Position numbers and translations under genes: made by a program. Positions 23,438-33,300 of a stretch of 45,069 nt of DNA are shown piece after piece. The DNA is from a virus. The notes below the pieces were generated by a model. It was not told where the DNA came from, did no database searches, and worked only from the letters and a program-made list of their open reading frames with translations. Location of the stretch: the IMG/VR virus record IMGVR_UViG_3300029607_000014; one strand, given 5' to 3'. Numbering within the stretch: the stretch's first letter is position 1; each line of letters begins with the position of its first letter.

Positions 23438-26038
23438 GTCGTTATGACACAAAGCGCACTTGATCAGTACGCACTTGCTAATGGTTATGGGAAAACCACA
23501 TCTGAAATGACAGAGCAGGAGAAAGTGGCTCTCCGCCTGGCTTTTGTACAGAAACAGTTGTCTGCCGCATCTGGTGATTTCATCCGAACATCTGACAGTT
23601 GGGCGAACCAGGTGCGAGTGATGCAGTTACAGCTGCAATCTCTCAAGGCAACAGTCGGACAGGGATTAATCAACCTCTTTACTCCTGTTCTGAAAGTTAT
23701 CAATATCTTACTCGGTAAGTTAGCAACTCTGGCAAATGCCTTCAAGTCATTTACGGAATTGATTACCGGAAAGAAGTCTTCTGGACAAACAGGCGCGAGT
23801 GGCGCAGGCCTTGCCGGAACGGATGCAATAGCCGACACAGCCGATCAATACGGAGAAGCTGCCGATAATGCTGAAAAGCTGGCAGATGCAACAAATGATA
23901 CAGCGGACGCAACTAAAAAAGCTACTAAAGCGGCAAAAGGGTATCTTAGTCCCCTCGACGAAATAAATAATTACTCAACGGATAAAAGCGCAGATTCATC
24001 GTCAAAAGTACCGGGTGCAACCGGCGGACTTGCGGATCAGATGAAAGATGCTGTACAAAATGTTGATTACGGAAAGTTGGCAGAGGGTGAGACAGTTCTT
24101 GATAAAATGTCAAAACCGCTAAAAAAGATAATCGACAGATTTAAACAGCTGGCCAAGTTAATCGCAAAAGGATTCTGGGATGGATTGGGAGATTACGAGC
24201 CAATTTTTGACGGAATAAAGAAAGATCTCGATTCCATATGGAAATCTTTAAAGGATATCTTCACTGATTCAGAAGTTACTAAAGCAGCAAATAATTTTTT
24301 CGATTCATTTGCATATGCAATTGGACAAGTTGCTGGCTCATTTGCCAGAATCGGATTGACAATTGCGCAAAACATTATAGGCGGAATCGAGAAGTTTCTA
24401 AAGCAGAACGCGCAAAGAATAAAGAACTATCTGATAGATATGTTCAACATCGGTGCTGAAATTTCACAAATCGCAGGAAATCTTGCAGTTGCTTTCGCAG
24501 ATGTTTTCTCAGTTTTTGGTGGAGAAACCGCGCAGCAGATCACAGCAGATTTAATTGGGATTTTTGCTGAAATTGGAATGACCGTCACGGAAACGGCTGC
24601 AAAACTTGGCAGAGATATCCTTAACATGATTGCACAGCCTTTTATCGACAACAAGGACATTTTAAAGTCAGCAATCGAGGGTAGCCTCGGAGTAATAGAA
24701 ACCGTAACAAGTGGGGTCTTAACAGTTGTTCAAAACCTTAGTGACGCAGTATCAAGATTATACGATGAGCATGTAAAACCGTTCTTTGATTCTATAGCAG
24801 ATGGATTATCAAGTATACTTGAAACTCTAATAACTGGATATAACACATACATTCTTCCGGTGTTACAAGGACTGGCAGAGCAAATTAAAGGGTTGTTAGA
24901 GGGACCATTAGGGGACGCGATTTTAAAGATAGAAACATTCCTCGGAAAACTCATTGATTCTCTGAAGCTTCTGTGGGAGTCGGTATTAGTGCCTTTAATT
25001 AACTGGATAATCGCGAATTTGCTTCCAGTTGTGGCAGAAGTAATTGACGTTGTAGGCACTGTGGCAATCAAAGTCATAAAATCATTAATTAAAATTATTG
25101 GTGATGTAGCAGACACTCTGAGCGGAATCATTGATTTCCTTGTAGGCGTTTTTACGGGAGACTGGGAACTGGCTTGGCAAGGAATAAAAGAGATTGCAGA
25201 TGGAGCATGGAACTTTATCAAAGATGCTGTGTCAGGTGCGTGGGAGATAATTAAAACCGTAACAAAAGGTGCACTGAACATAATAAAGACCGTCATTAGC
25301 ACTGCCTGGAACGCAATCAAGACAGCAACTTCAACAGTCTGGAATGCCATTAAAAAAACTCTTTCCGGATTATGGAATGCTCTTAAAACCACGGCAAAAA
25401 CAGTGTTTGACGCAATTAAGGCCAAAGTTACGGGCGTTTGGGACAAAATAAAAGACAAGACATCCCGAACATGGGAAAGCATTACTACTTTTGTGTCTAC
25501 TAAAGTCGAAGCGATAAAAACCGCCATTACCGATAAGTTTAATGCTGCCAGGGATGCGGTCAAATCAGCATTTGAAGGTATCGTGGATTTTATCAAAAGG
25601 CCAATTAATCAGGCAATTAATATCGTCAATAATGCAATCGGAGTAATCAACAACGCAATTGGTGGAATCGAATCAGCGTTTTCTTTTGGCCCATGGAATG
25701 TACCTACACCATTCGGAACAAAGAGAATCGGGTTCCATGCAACATTTCCACGTGTCGGAACTATTCCGTATCTGGCCAGCGGTGCAGTTATTCCACCGCG
25801 AAGTGAATTTCTCGCAGTATTAGGAGACCAGAAGAAAGGGAATAACCTGGAAGCACCGGAAAGCTTACTGCGACAGATCGTCCGGGAAGAGTCAGGGAAA
25901 GGACAGGGAAATGGAAACACTTACAATGTTACAGTCAATGCATCTGGCAGAAAACTATTAGACATTATCATTGATGAAGCAGAGCTTAGGAGACGCAGAA
26001 ATGGCGGTCAGAATCCATTCTTGTTAGGAGGTGTATAA
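23438..26038 (+). CDS. tail tape-measure protein, exon 2
   Basis: VVMTQSALDQYALANGYGKTTSEMTEQEKVALRL...DFIRTSDSWANQVRV continues the conserved TMP core; long helical body with 11-aa Trp periodicity. Confidence 0.85.
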   Translation, partial: VVMTQSALDQYALANGYGKTTSEMTEQEKVALRLAFVQKQLSAASGDFIRTSDSWANQVRVMQLQLQSLKATVGQGLINLFTPVLKVINILLGKLATLANAFKSFTELITGKKSSGQTGASGAGLAGTDAIADTADQYGEAADNAEKLADATNDTADATKKATKAAKGYLSPLDEINNYSTDKSADSSSKVPGATGGLADQMKDAVQNVDYGKLAEGETVLDKMSKPLKKIIDRFKQLAKLIAKGFWDGLGDYEPIFDGIKKDLDSIWKSLKDIFTDSEVTKAANNFFDSFAYAIGQVAGSFARIGLTIAQNIIGGIEKFLKQNAQRIKNYLIDMFNIGAEISQIAGNLAVAFADVFSVFGGETAQQITADLIGIFAEIGMTVTETAAKLGRDILNMIAQPFIDNKDILKSAIEGSLGVIETVTSGVLTVVQNLSDAVSRLYDEHVKPFFDSIADGLSSILETLITGYNTYILPVLQGLAEQIKGLLEGPLGDAILKIETFLGKLIDSLKLLWESVLVPLINWIIANLLPVVAEVIDVVGTVAIKVIKSLIKIIGDVADTLSGIIDFLVGVFTGDWELAWQGIKEIADGAWNFIKDAVSGAWEIIKTVTKGALNIIKTVISTAWNAIKTATSTVWNAIKKTLSGLWNALKTTAKTVFDAIKAKVTGVWDKIKDKTSRTWESITTFVSTKVEAIKTAITDKFNAARDAVKSAFEGIVDFIKRPINQAINIVNNAIGVINNAIGGIESAFSFGPWNVPTPFGTKRIGFHATFPRVGTIPYLASGAVIPPRSEFLAVLGDQKKGNNLEAPESLLRQIVREESGKGQGNGNTYNVTVNASGRKLLDIIIDEAELRRRRNGGQNPFLLGGV

Positions 26039-26416
26039 ATGGCACAGGAACAGTTTAAGATTGATGGGGTCACTATAAAGGCCCCTGACACATATAAGCC
26101 GGTATTCGCAACTACATCAACGGAAAGTTCTAAGAGAAGCCAGGATCTTGTTATGCACAACACTCCGATGGGAACTATTGCCGGATATGACATGGAATGG
26201 GGCGAACTTAAATGGGGAGAGATTGCAACGATTCTCAACTCTATGATTAACAAAAGTCAGTTCACATTTCATCACAAAGACCCTCGAACCCCCGGCAAAT
26301 GGATTGACAAGACGTTCTATGCATCTAATTTCAACATGGCAGCGCAAACACTCAAGGATAATGAGGAACGATGGACAGGATTAACTATTAATGTAAGGAG
26401 CATTCGACCGGTATGA
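26039..26416 (+). CDS. small tail component in the distal-tail-protein position (125 aa)
   Basis: Immediately after TMP; AGGAGG RBS. Confidence 0.5.
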   Translation: MAQEQFKIDGVTIKAPDTYKPVFATTSTESSKRSQDLVMHNTPMGTIAGYDMEWGELKWGEIATILNSMINKSQFTFHHKDPRTPGKWIDKTFYASNFNMAAQTLKDNEERWTGLTINVRSIRPV

Positions 26417-29400
26417 TTAATGTTACAAATCAGTTAAAGACGGAATCTCTCTTAAATAGCAACTATTATGTTACGGCGAATGTGGTGCTGCGTGATGGGA
26501 CAATTTTAAGCCTGGGAAAAGAAGATTTCTACCTTGACGGAAACGGCATTGTAGATTCTTCTGATTCCGGGGACTTCCCTGTTGGTGTAGCAATTGAGAA
26601 AACGGCCACTTTAGCATTGGTTAATGATGATGACAGATTTACAGGATATAATTTTGCTGGAGCACAGTTCACTCTATTTTTAAATTTGCAGCTGTCTGAT
26701 AGATTGGAGACTATTCGCCGCGGCACATTCATTGTATCAAAAAAACCCGCCACGTCCGATGAGATTAATCTCACTTTGCTGGACTATATGAGCAAGGCAG
26801 AGTCAGATTACAACACAAATCTTATTTTTCCATGCTCTGCCAGAGAAGTTTTAGAGGATGCTTGTCAGCAGACCAGGATTGTGTTGGGTGACGCAGTATT
26901 TAAAAATGCAGACTATCAGGTGCAAAAGAAACCGGAGAACACCACTTTTAGAGCAGTAATTGGTATGGTTGCGGCTTTGGCAGGTGGTAACGCTCGCATT
27001 GACGAGAACGATAATTTGCGAATTATCACTTTTGACGATGGTGTTGATACCATAACCTTAGAAACAATTCCATGGTATGACATTAACGGAAACACTATTC
27101 TTGACATTGATAGTAACGAGATTGAGACAATTCTCGAGCGAAAAGGATTTAAGCCTAATTTTATCAATAACCTTACTTATGATGTTGATGATGTAGTTGT
27201 CACCGGGGTCAAATATGTGAATAATGAAACGGAATATAAGTACGGCACGGACGGATATGTCATCACGATTGACAACAAGCTTCTGACAGGAAATGAGCAA
27301 GTCGGTGTAGATTTGATCGGAAAAGAACTGGTCGGCATGAGACTAAGGCCATTCTCTTGTGACAGCATAGCAATCGGATACGCCACATTCGGAGATAAAA
27401 TTACATTTTCCGACATTAAAGGCAATATTTACTATTCATATCTGACAGATGTAGACTTCGCATTCTCTGGCAGTACAAGCTTCTCTTGTAATGCAAAGAG
27501 CATGGAAGATATTGACGCAGATTATCCCGACAGTATGCAGGTAGAAGTTGATAACCTTAAGAAAGATTCCGAAAAGAAAATCACCGCTTACGATGCAAAA
27601 TTAAAGCAGATGAACGAATTAGCTGCAAACACACTTGGATTTTATTTTACTGAGGAAATTCAGCCGGACGGGTCTTCAATATCATATCGTCATGACAAAC
27701 CATCCTTGAAAGATTCAAAAGTGATTTATAAAACAGGTGTAGATGGATTCTTCTTGTCAGTAGACGGAGGCCGGACTTGGAAAGCCGGATTTGACAGCAA
27801 CGGTGATGCAGTGCTGAACATTCTGTATGCTATCGGTATACAGTCGGATTGGATCAATACAAGAGGATTCACAGCAAAAGACAATGACGGAAACATTACG
27901 TTCCGCATTGATGCAGAGACAGGGGCTGTCAATCTTAATGCTACAGAACTCACGATCAAAGGAAAAACGCCTGAAAATGTCGCAAATGCCGAGGTTGAGA
28001 AATTTATTACAGAAGTGTATTCTCCACAGATTAAGGTTCTTCAGGAGCAGATTGACGGGCAGATAGAAGCATTCTTTGGAGACTATGTTCCTGATGGTAA
28101 CAATGAACCGGCATCCACTTGGGCAGATGATACAACCAAAGAGAAACACTTAGGTGACCTGTTTTATATTGTAAACAACGAAGAATATGGCGGGCAGGCT
28201 TACAGGTATGCAAAGATTAATGGCGAATACAAGTGGGATTATGTAAAAGACACTGCGGTGGTCAAAGCTCTGGCTGATGCAGCACAGGCACAAAACACGG
28301 CAAATGCAAAGAAGAGAATTTTCGGAGCAGAGCCGGTGCCGCCTTACGATATTGACGATTTATGGGTTCAGGGAAAGACAGGGGACATTCTTAAGTGTCA
28401 AAAGGCAAAGGCAGAGGGCGCAAGCTATGACGCCGATGACTGGGTGAGAGCATCTAAGTATACAGATGATTCAGCAGTTACAGCCTTTATCAAGGGCGTT
28501 TTTGCCGATACGATTGAAAGCCTCCAAGAGCAACTTGATGGTAAGATTCAGACCTGGAGCCAGGATACAGACCCGGCGCTTGAATGGACAGAAACAGAAG
28601 AGATTCCGTGGACAGATGTTGATGGCAATTCCATTCTGGACGTAGGCGGAAATGAGATTTTAATTGTTTGGGAAAAAGGTAAATATATCCACAAAGGAGA
28701 CCTTTGGCAGAATACTGCAAATAACACGCGTTGGCGTTGGGATGGAAATAAATGGGTAGAACAGGAAGTACCAGACTATCTGTTTGATAAGATTGATGGA
28801 AAAGCGGCAGTTTATTTTGAACAGCCTAAGCCACCATACAACATGGGAGATTTCTGGGTCACATCAAAAGCAGACGGCGAAGCTTCTATTAAAACAGCGG
28901 TTAGAAGTCGGTCGGATGGTGCATTTACCGATACTGACTGGATTGATTTCAAATATGTGGACAAAACCGATATTGATAATGCAGTCAAAGAGTATGACAC
29001 AAGTCTTGGACAGGATGAAGTATTTAATAAGCTTACTAATGGCGGTGAAGAGCAAGGCATATATATCAAGGACAAGAAGCTGTATATTAATGCAAATTAT
29101 ATCCTTGCTGGTGTCCTTGCAGGAAAATTTATAAACGCTAAAGGTATTAAGGTTATTGACAGCGATAACCAAATCACGCTCCATATTGATGACAATGGAA
29201 AGGTACACATTGCCGCGACAGAGTTTTCGTTAAAAGGAAAAGCTGTATCCGAAATAGCAAAAGATACAGCGTCTAATACCGCGACTGAAATCGCGACAAA
29301 ATACGCTACATTGAGCGTACTGCTATCAAATGAATTCCAAGGAATTCCAACAGATTCATCTGGCAAATATACTACATTTCCGACATGCAAAACTACGGTA

Positions 29401-30810
29401 ACTGTACTGTATGGTGCTGAGAACGTGACCGCACAGTCAAATATTTCATTCTCTGCGGAAAACGGAATAAGTGGTTCTGCGTCAGGGGCAACGTACACGG
29501 TCTCTGGACTGTCCGTGGACAGTGGCACAATCACAGCAACTGCAACTTACAATGGGATGACCGCAAAGAAAGAATTTGTAGTTGTAAAGCAAAAGCAAGG
29601 TGATACCGGAAATGGAATCTCGAAGATTGTACAACATTATCTCGCTACGTCCAGTTCATCTGGCGTATCAACAAGTAGTTCTGGATGGACAGAAGCTGTG
29701 CAGACTCCAACACCGGACAAGCGGTACTTATGGAACTATGAGGAGACTTTCTTTACAAACGGGTCTAAGACAACAACACTTCCTCACGTGATTGGCGTAT
29801 ACGGAGAAAAAGGTAAAGACGGGCAGGATGGAAAAGATGCCAGTGAAATGACCCAGTTGGATATTTTTAATAAATTAACCAACAACGGGGAAACACAGGG
29901 GCTATATCTTTATAATAACAGGATATATCTGAATGCTTCGTACATTGACACTGGCGAGCTAGCGGGATGGGAAGTCGGATATAAAAAACTTTCGGCAAAA
30001 AATGGCACGTATGGAGAAGTAACGCTAGACGCTTCAGCTGGGGAAATCTATTCAAAGACGGATACAGGAGTATATGTGCCGGGGTACGGGACGTTATATG
30101 GAACACGAATTAGGGGAATTGATCTTTACACAGGAACCGTGCATGCGGGATCAATCTCGGTTAATACCAGTGTCTCGGCGGCCAGTGTTTCGGCTGGTGT
30201 TATTAGCACAACAAAGACCATTGAAGCGGACGGAATTATTAAATCTAATAGTCATATCGAAGCAAGAAATAACGGCCATTTTTACAGCGAAGGTACTGGC
30301 ACAGATTTAGCTGATGCATCTATTCGAGGAGATTTAATCGTAGCCGGAGTAAGTCGCCTAAATAAAAGCGTGCAAATGAAAAACATTGGTACTGGATCAG
30401 GTACTGATTTAGTATTAACCTCATTATCAATGACAGGCGGCGGTTTTGTATTTAAAAAGGCTTCTTCATCAAAACGATACAAAAAACATTTGTCTTTCAT
30501 GGAAGAATCAGATGTAAAAAATCTTTATGATTTACGACCAGTATTCTTCGAATACAAAGAAGGCTATTTGATGGAAAACGACCCTGATAATAAGCGCAAG
30601 ATACCCGGATTTTACGCAGAACTTGTGGAAAAGTATTTTCCTGATGCTGTCAAATACAATGAAAAAGGACAAGTTGAGGACTGGGATCCAAAAAAACTCC
30701 TTCCGGCAGTGTTCGAGTTGGTACGACTACAGAAACAGCAGCTAGATTCACAGCAGGAAACTATTAATAATCTTATTGGAAGAATTGAAAAATTAGAAAA
30801 GGAGATTTAA
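26413..30810 (+). CDS. tail-associated / anti-receptor fibre protein with C-terminal S74 intramolecular-chaperone domain
   Basis: 1465 aa; N-terminus like prophage-tail (Tal) proteins; FNKLTNxGExQG(I/L)Y repeats; C-terminal SSSKRYKKHL...LRPVFFEYK...GFYAELVEKYFPDAV. Confidence 0.8.
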   Translation: MINVTNQLKTESLLNSNYYVTANVVLRDGTILSLGKEDFYLDGNGIVDSSDSGDFPVGVAIEKTATLALVNDDDRFTGYNFAGAQFTLFLNLQLSDRLETIRRGTFIVSKKPATSDEINLTLLDYMSKAESDYNTNLIFPCSAREVLEDACQQTRIVLGDAVFKNADYQVQKKPENTTFRAVIGMVAALAGGNARIDENDNLRIITFDDGVDTITLETIPWYDINGNTILDIDSNEIETILERKGFKPNFINNLTYDVDDVVVTGVKYVNNETEYKYGTDGYVITIDNKLLTGNEQVGVDLIGKELVGMRLRPFSCDSIAIGYATFGDKITFSDIKGNIYYSYLTDVDFAFSGSTSFSCNAKSMEDIDADYPDSMQVEVDNLKKDSEKKITAYDAKLKQMNELAANTLGFYFTEEIQPDGSSISYRHDKPSLKDSKVIYKTGVDGFFLSVDGGRTWKAGFDSNGDAVLNILYAIGIQSDWINTRGFTAKDNDGNITFRIDAETGAVNLNATELTIKGKTPENVANAEVEKFITEVYSPQIKVLQEQIDGQIEAFFGDYVPDGNNEPASTWADDTTKEKHLGDLFYIVNNEEYGGQAYRYAKINGEYKWDYVKDTAVVKALADAAQAQNTANAKKRIFGAEPVPPYDIDDLWVQGKTGDILKCQKAKAEGASYDADDWVRASKYTDDSAVTAFIKGVFADTIESLQEQLDGKIQTWSQDTDPALEWTETEEIPWTDVDGNSILDVGGNEILIVWEKGKYIHKGDLWQNTANNTRWRWDGNKWVEQEVPDYLFDKIDGKAAVYFEQPKPPYNMGDFWVTSKADGEASIKTAVRSRSDGAFTDTDWIDFKYVDKTDIDNAVKEYDTSLGQDEVFNKLTNGGEEQGIYIKDKKLYINANYILAGVLAGKFINAKGIKVIDSDNQITLHIDDNGKVHIAATEFSLKGKAVSEIAKDTASNTATEIATKYATLSVLLSNEFQGIPTDSSGKYTTFPTCKTTVTVLYGAENVTAQSNISFSAENGISGSASGATYTVSGLSVDSGTITATATYNGMTAKKEFVVVKQKQGDTGNGISKIVQHYLATSSSSGVSTSSSGWTEAVQTPTPDKRYLWNYEETFFTNGSKTTTLPHVIGVYGEKGKDGQDGKDASEMTQLDIFNKLTNNGETQGLYLYNNRIYLNASYIDTGELAGWEVGYKKLSAKNGTYGEVTLDASAGEIYSKTDTGVYVPGYGTLYGTRIRGIDLYTGTVHAGSISVNTSVSAASVSAGVISTTKTIEADGIIKSNSHIEARNNGHFYSEGTGTDLADASIRGDLIVAGVSRLNKSVQMKNIGTGSGTDLVLTSLSMTGGGFVFKKASSSKRYKKHLSFMEESDVKNLYDLRPVFFEYKEGYLMENDPDNKRKIPGFYAELVEKYFPDAVKYNEKGQVEDWDPKKLLPAVFELVRLQKQQLDSQQETINNLIGRIEKLEKEI

Positions 30811-30813
30811 GGT

Positions 30814-31287
30814 ATGCCAAAGTGGACAGATTATACTATAAAAACTACAGTAGCTGATAATGATGAAGTAATGGTACTTGATACGGCAGGAAAGGCAAAT
30901 AAACGCCTTTCGCTGTCTACTCTTTCAGACTGGGTACTTGGAAAAATTGCCGACAAAGTATTCGAGAAGCTTCAGACGAACGACAAAACGATTCTGGGCG
31001 CAATTAATGAATTAAATAGTAACACTATGAAGCATGTTTCTGCTAATTCTGATATAACACCATTGATTGATTCTGCTAAGCGATTTAACCGAAAACTGAT
31101 TTCTTTTGATGCGTATGACATTCCTGATTTTTTTCCATCCAGTTCAAATTGGTGGATGGGATTTATTGCACTCAACAGCTCTGGTACATATGGCACAATG
31201 ATTGCATTTTCATTTTCTGATAACGTAATTTATAAATGTTGTTGGAACGGATCAACAGATAGAAACGATTGGGTAAAAATTAGTTAG
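30814..31287 (+). CDS. hypothetical tail-fibre-associated protein (157 aa)
   Basis: AAAAGGAG RBS; follows fibre gene. Confidence 0.5.
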   Translation: MPKWTDYTIKTTVADNDEVMVLDTAGKANKRLSLSTLSDWVLGKIADKVFEKLQTNDKTILGAINELNSNTMKHVSANSDITPLIDSAKRFNRKLISFDAYDIPDFFPSSSNWWMGFIALNSSGTYGTMIAFSFSDNVIYKCCWNGSTDRNDWVKIS

Positions 31288-31413
31288 TCTTCCCATTTAA
31301 TTCATTAAAAAATGGAAAATTTTCGTAAAACCTCTACCTATTTATAGGGAACAGTGCAAAGGTTAATCAAGAGTCGGTCAGATACAATCATCACAAATAT
31401 GTTATTTAGCATT

Positions 31414-31443
31414 ATCCGGCAGGCAATCACCTGTCGGATTTTT
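31414..31443 (+). terminator. rho-independent terminator
   Basis: atccggcagg-caatca-cctgtcggat (10 bp, one G-U) + tttt. Confidence 0.75.
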
Positions 31444-31482
31444 AAATTGGTACAGAGATGCCTTAACGCTAAATGCTATAAT
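31444..31482 (+). promoter_or_regulatory. late promoter P-late3 (degenerate): AAATTGGTACAGAGATG-N16-TATAAT (TGc extended -10)
   Basis: Aligns to P-late2 with one inserted nt; same 16-nt spacing. Confidence 0.45.
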
Positions 31483-31521
31483 CAGAATTAGGTAAGAATC
31501 TTTGCGAAAGGAGCGGACAAC

Positions 31522-32949
31522 ATGACAACTGAACAAAAGAACGTCCTGAGAAAGATTATTTATGCAGTCGAAACCGGCGGACAGGTTTATGGACAGCAGG
31601 ATTATTCAGACTTCACAGAAGCCTACACCAATTCTTCTGAAGAACACGCAATTACAATCGGTGCCGGACAGTGGTACGCAACCGAAGCACAAACACTTTT
31701 GAAACGGATTCATGATGCAGATACGGAAGCGTGGGACCGGTTAGACAATATTGGATTATGGGAGCAGGTGCAGGAGGCAGATTGGTCTTGTTTTAATATT
31801 TCCAGAAACAGCCAGTTTGCAAATTTAATCGTACGGCTCATATCGTCCAAAACAGGCGTTAAATGCCAAGATAGCCTTATGGATGAACAATTAGCCACCT
31901 ATGCAGATGAAGCCCTTAAACAGGGCGTTACTGACGCCAGAGCGAAAGCTATGTGTGTGAACTTTAGACACCAAGGTGGACAGGGAGCAGTAACGAGGAT
32001 TCTGGCAAAGACTCAGAAACCATATACATTGGACAATCTCTATGCGGCTTGCCAGACGGACACAGGGAACCAAGTCGGGGCATATAAGGACAGGCAAAGA
32101 TTTGTTTATAACGCATTAAAAACATATTTTCCAGAAAGCGAGGAAACAGGTATGAACGCAATTGACAAATTAATCCAGATCGCAAAGAATGAAGTTGGAT
32201 ATCTTGAAAAGGCAAGCAATAGCCAACTTGATAGCAAAACTGCAAATGCCGGAGAAAATAATTACACAAAATATTGGCGAGATATTAAGCCGGATTATCA
32301 GGGACAGCCGTGGTGTGCAGCGTTTGTTTCGTGGTGCATGATGAAAGCATTCGGCTTAGACACAGCAAAGAAACTTTTAAAACATTGGCCATACGTTTAC
32401 TGCCCGACAATGGCGGATTTATTTACTTTGAACAGCAATCCGAAAACTGGTGATATTGTAATTTTCAAACATAATGGAGAATTTACGCACACTGGAATCG
32501 TAATCAAAGTGTCAGGAGATCGGTTCTGGACAGTCGAAGGAAATACTTCTGGTGGCTCTACAATTATTGCAAATGGCGGTGGTGTGTGCCAAAAAAGTTA
32601 CTACAACAGCAACCTCCCGGGAACAAAATTCTGCACTCCAAACTACAATTTAGTTAAAAATACAACATCAGTTTCAGACTCAGATACAGTCAAAAAGCAG
32701 AACACAAGAGCCTACATTGCACAGATAAAAAAGGACACAAAATGTTATACAAAATCAAACAAAAATAGCCTATCTAAACTGTTTCCGAAGTTGAAAAAAG
32801 GTGCAGTTGTAGAGGTGATGAAGTACACAGAAACTGACAGTTCCGGGCTGAAATGGTACTTCATCCGCATCCCACATCCGACAGAAGGGTTTGTTTTTGA
32901 ATTTGTCCCAAAAGGAACATTTACCAGAATTTCAGAAATTCATAAATAA
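31522..32949 (+). CDS. endolysin: unassigned N-terminal domain + CHAP amidase/peptidase + C-terminal SH3-like binding region
   Basis: CHAP signature QPWCAAFVSWC ... GDIVIF..NGEFTHTGIVI ... WTVEGNTS. Confidence 0.8.
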   Translation: MTTEQKNVLRKIIYAVETGGQVYGQQDYSDFTEAYTNSSEEHAITIGAGQWYATEAQTLLKRIHDADTEAWDRLDNIGLWEQVQEADWSCFNISRNSQFANLIVRLISSKTGVKCQDSLMDEQLATYADEALKQGVTDARAKAMCVNFRHQGGQGAVTRILAKTQKPYTLDNLYAACQTDTGNQVGAYKDRQRFVYNALKTYFPESEETGMNAIDKLIQIAKNEVGYLEKASNSQLDSKTANAGENNYTKYWRDIKPDYQGQPWCAAFVSWCMMKAFGLDTAKKLLKHWPYVYCPTMADLFTLNSNPKTGDIVIFKHNGEFTHTGIVIKVSGDRFWTVEGNTSGGSTIIANGGGVCQKSYYNSNLPGTKFCTPNYNLVKNTTSVSDSDTVKKQNTRAYIAQIKKDTKCYTKSNKNSLSKLFPKLKKGAVVEVMKYTETDSSGLKWYFIRIPHPTEGFVFEFVPKGTFTRISEIHK

Positions 32950-32952
32950 AAA

Positions 32953-32976
32953 CTCCCGGGGATAGTACCCCGGGAA
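32953..32976. terminator. GC-rich hairpin at end of late operon (weak U tract)
   Basis: tcccgggg-atagta-ccccggga. Confidence 0.45.
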
Positions 32977-33029
32977 TCATGCTTCTTATAACATATTGTA
33001 TCATTTCGTTTTGTAAATCCTATTAGTTC

Positions 33030-33300
33030 GTTGGACACACGTTGGTCACAAATAAGAAAAAATATTTCCTAATTAAATATCCTCTAAAGTACTGTATTTA
33101 AAGGACTTTTTGACATTTGCATAGTTCTAATTTAATGCCCTAATTAAATACAATTAGAATAATGAAAATGAAATGAGTGAATTCCTTGCAAAATCGCTGA
33201 GAATGTTGATTTTACAAGGGTTTCACGCGTTTTTATGTTCTGAATTGTGATGAATAAAATTGATAAAATAAGATTCCGTTAGTCACAGTTAGTCACAAAT
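33030..33300. repeat. attP-like region with arm-type repeats
   Basis: Tandem GTTGGACACA-c-GTTGGTCACA (33030..33050) and GTTAGTCACA x2 (33278..33297); CCTAATTAAATA x2 (33068, 33139); inverted ttctaatt/aattagaa. Confidence 0.5.

Noticed and set aside
24730-25596. 288-aa minus-strand ORF inside the tape-measure gene, plus other antisense ORFs at 23485..23838, 24427..24660 and 25609..25920.
   Set aside because: It is the mirror image of a low-complexity helical coding region. It has no RBS and no operon context, and the sense-strand TMP call is strong.
29806-29850. A collagen-like G-X-Y stretch (GEKGKDGQDGKDA) in the fibre protein.
   Set aside because: It has only about four triplets, too short to call a collagen domain. 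I treat it as a short linker.
31325-31345. A reverse-complement GGTAGAGG word (aaacctctacctattta), and a similar ataggtagagggg at 38657..38669, considered as extra copies of the late-promoter motif.
   Set aside because: Only ~8 nt are shared, and the AAAAGTGGT half is missing. The first is on the wrong strand, facing into the end of a gene. Neither has a convincing -10 at the fixed 16-17 nt spacing.
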